From: Octopus sinensis
Taxonomy: Eukaryota
Length of the DNA: 64,000 nucleotides
Assembly: GCF_006345805.1 (NCBI RefSeq)
Contig: NC_043014.1
Coordinates: 49,786,001-49,850,000 of the forward strand
Reading direction: 5' to 3'
Below, one piece after another: positions 62,379 through 64,000 of the stretch. Below the pieces are notes generated by a model. It was not told the origin of the DNA, did not search any database, and saw only the letters and a program-made list of their open reading frames with translations. Position 1 is the first letter of the stretch; each line of letters opens with the position of its first letter. Both the position numbers and the translations under genes were made by a program.

Positions 62379-63095
62379 CCCTTTTGTTACAGAATTTATT
62401 TTGAGATGCTCTGTGTTTCTTTCAATTAATTTTTATATAACAAAGAATTTAGTAAAATAACTTAGTTGTCATTCAGCTAGTGTTAGGAACATATATTGTG
62501 ACTAAGGTTTGGTGGAAGATTTTCATTCACAAGTTTTGAAAACAATACATTTGTACTCAGAGCCAGAGCCAGTTTCAGCCGGGTTGGTAACAAAAAGGTT
62601 AAGAATTATTTCTCTATTATATATTTTAACCCTTTCATTACTGTATTTCTGTTGAGATGCTCTGTGTTTCTTTCAATTACTTTAAATATAACAAAGAATT
62701 TAGTAAAATAACTTAGTTATCATTAAGCTAGTGTTAGGAACATAAATTGTGACTAAGGTTTGGTGGAAGGTTTTAATTCAAAACTTATGAAAACAAGACA
62801 TTTGTACTACAGAGCCAGTTTCAGCCGGGTTGGTATCGAAAGGGTTAAGAATTGTTTCTCTGTTATATATTTTAACCCCTTCGTTACCGTATTTCTGTTG
62901 AGATGCTCTGTGTTTCTTTCAATTACTTTAAATATAACAAAGAATTTAGTAAAATAACTTAGTGATCATTCAGCTAGTGTTAGGAACATATATTTGTGAC
63001 TAAGGTTTGGTGGAAGCTTTTATTCAGAACTTTTAAAAACAAGACATTGTACTACAAAGCCAGAGGCAGTTTCAGACAGATTGATATCAAAAGGA
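62379..63095. mobile_element. Tandem trimer of piggyBac-like MITE family P
   Basis: Copies at 62379-62598, 62630-62844 and 62876-~63095, with TTAA at each junction and the same 23-bp spacer. Confidence 0.85.
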
Positions 63096-63284
63096 TTATA
63101 GCAACATCTTGATGACATCAATAAAAAATGAGTGGGCAGAAAAGGCAAAAATTTGCCACAAGGGCCACTGTGGTCAATAACGAGGCATAACTCTACAATT
63201 GTGTCTCACCCTGGCCCCACCCTGCTGACTTTGTTTCCTCATAAAGGAATATTTTTTTTAATGAAATTTTTTACAAATATTCCA

Positions 63285-63610
63285 GTGCCGGTGGCACATA
63301 AGAGAACCATCCGAATGTGGCCATTGCCAGTGCCGCCCCGACTGGCCTCCGTGCCAGTGGCACGTAAAAAGCACCATCCGATCGTGGCCGTTTGCCAGCC
63401 TTGTCTGGCACCTGTGCCAGTGGCACGTAAAAAGCACCCACTACACTCATGGAGTGGTTGGCGTTAGGAAGGGCATCCAGCCATAGAAACATTGCCAGAT
63501 CAGACTGGGCCTGGTGCAGCCTTCTGGCTTCCCAGACCCCAGTTGAACCGTCCAACCCATGCCAGCATGGAAAGCGGACGCTAAACGATGATGATGATGA
63601 TGATGATTTT
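63285..63610 (+). mobile_element. Family R 3' UTR copy with array
   Basis: GTGCCRGTGGCAC units at 63285, 63351 and 63414; (GAT)n tail. Confidence 0.85.
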
Positions 63611-63914
63611 TCAGGTAATATAGATTGTGATTATATTGGAATTTAATGTGAGGTGGGGGGAAAAACGGGGAACGATGAATATTTCACACACCTTGACTTT
63701 AAGTGAACAGTTTTTTAAAAGATGAAATTTTCCAGGGATGCTGGCATGGTCCTTCCTTGATCCCCTGAAAGGATGTTCCAAAGCAAATGTTGTTATAATC
63801 ATTATGTATATCATCCGAAACATTTTTGGCGGAAGATTTTATTAAAAAATATTTTTCAGAGAATTATGATGAAACGAATTTGCTGGGGGTGGGGCACGTG
63901 CTACTGTAGTTTCT

Positions 63915-64000
63915 CTTTCTCTCTTTTACTTGTTTCAGTCATTTGACTGCGCCCATGCTGGAGCACCGCTTTTAGTTGAGCAAATCGACCCCAGGACTTA
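63915..64000 (-). mobile_element. SINE family A tail (runs off the window)
   Basis: Tail motif. Confidence 0.8.

Overview
Eukaryotic, AT-rich, microsatellite-dense window that is almost entirely intronic or intergenic. The repeat complement (several tRNA-derived SINE families, RTE/CR1/Dong-R4-type LINE remnants, Penelope-like fragments, MITEs, very long (TA)n/(CA)n/(ATT)n arrays) suggests a coleoid cephalopod such as Octopus; this is an inference and no database search was done. No host gene can be called with confidence. Most ORFs in the supplied track are microsatellite or antisense-repeat artefacts. Recognisable protein-coding remnants are retroelement ORF2 fragments (CR1 x4, RTE x3, an RLE endonuclease piece) plus an intact 3x C2H2 zinc-finger ORF that ends in an RTE-like tail. 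Three weak host-exon candidates are listed at low confidence. The most interesting signals are catalytic-RNA candidates: a ~380-bp bipartite RTE-derived element whose 5' end folds into an HDV-like ribozyme (50917-51027, minus), and three minimal hammerhead motifs in Penelope-like fragments (21.8-25.6 kb). Also notable are an 85-bp-arm near-perfect palindrome inside a piggyBac-like MITE, a MITE trimer resembling a nascent satellite, several closely spaced inverted TE pairs (potential ADAR substrates), modular SINE shuffling and datable nested insertions.
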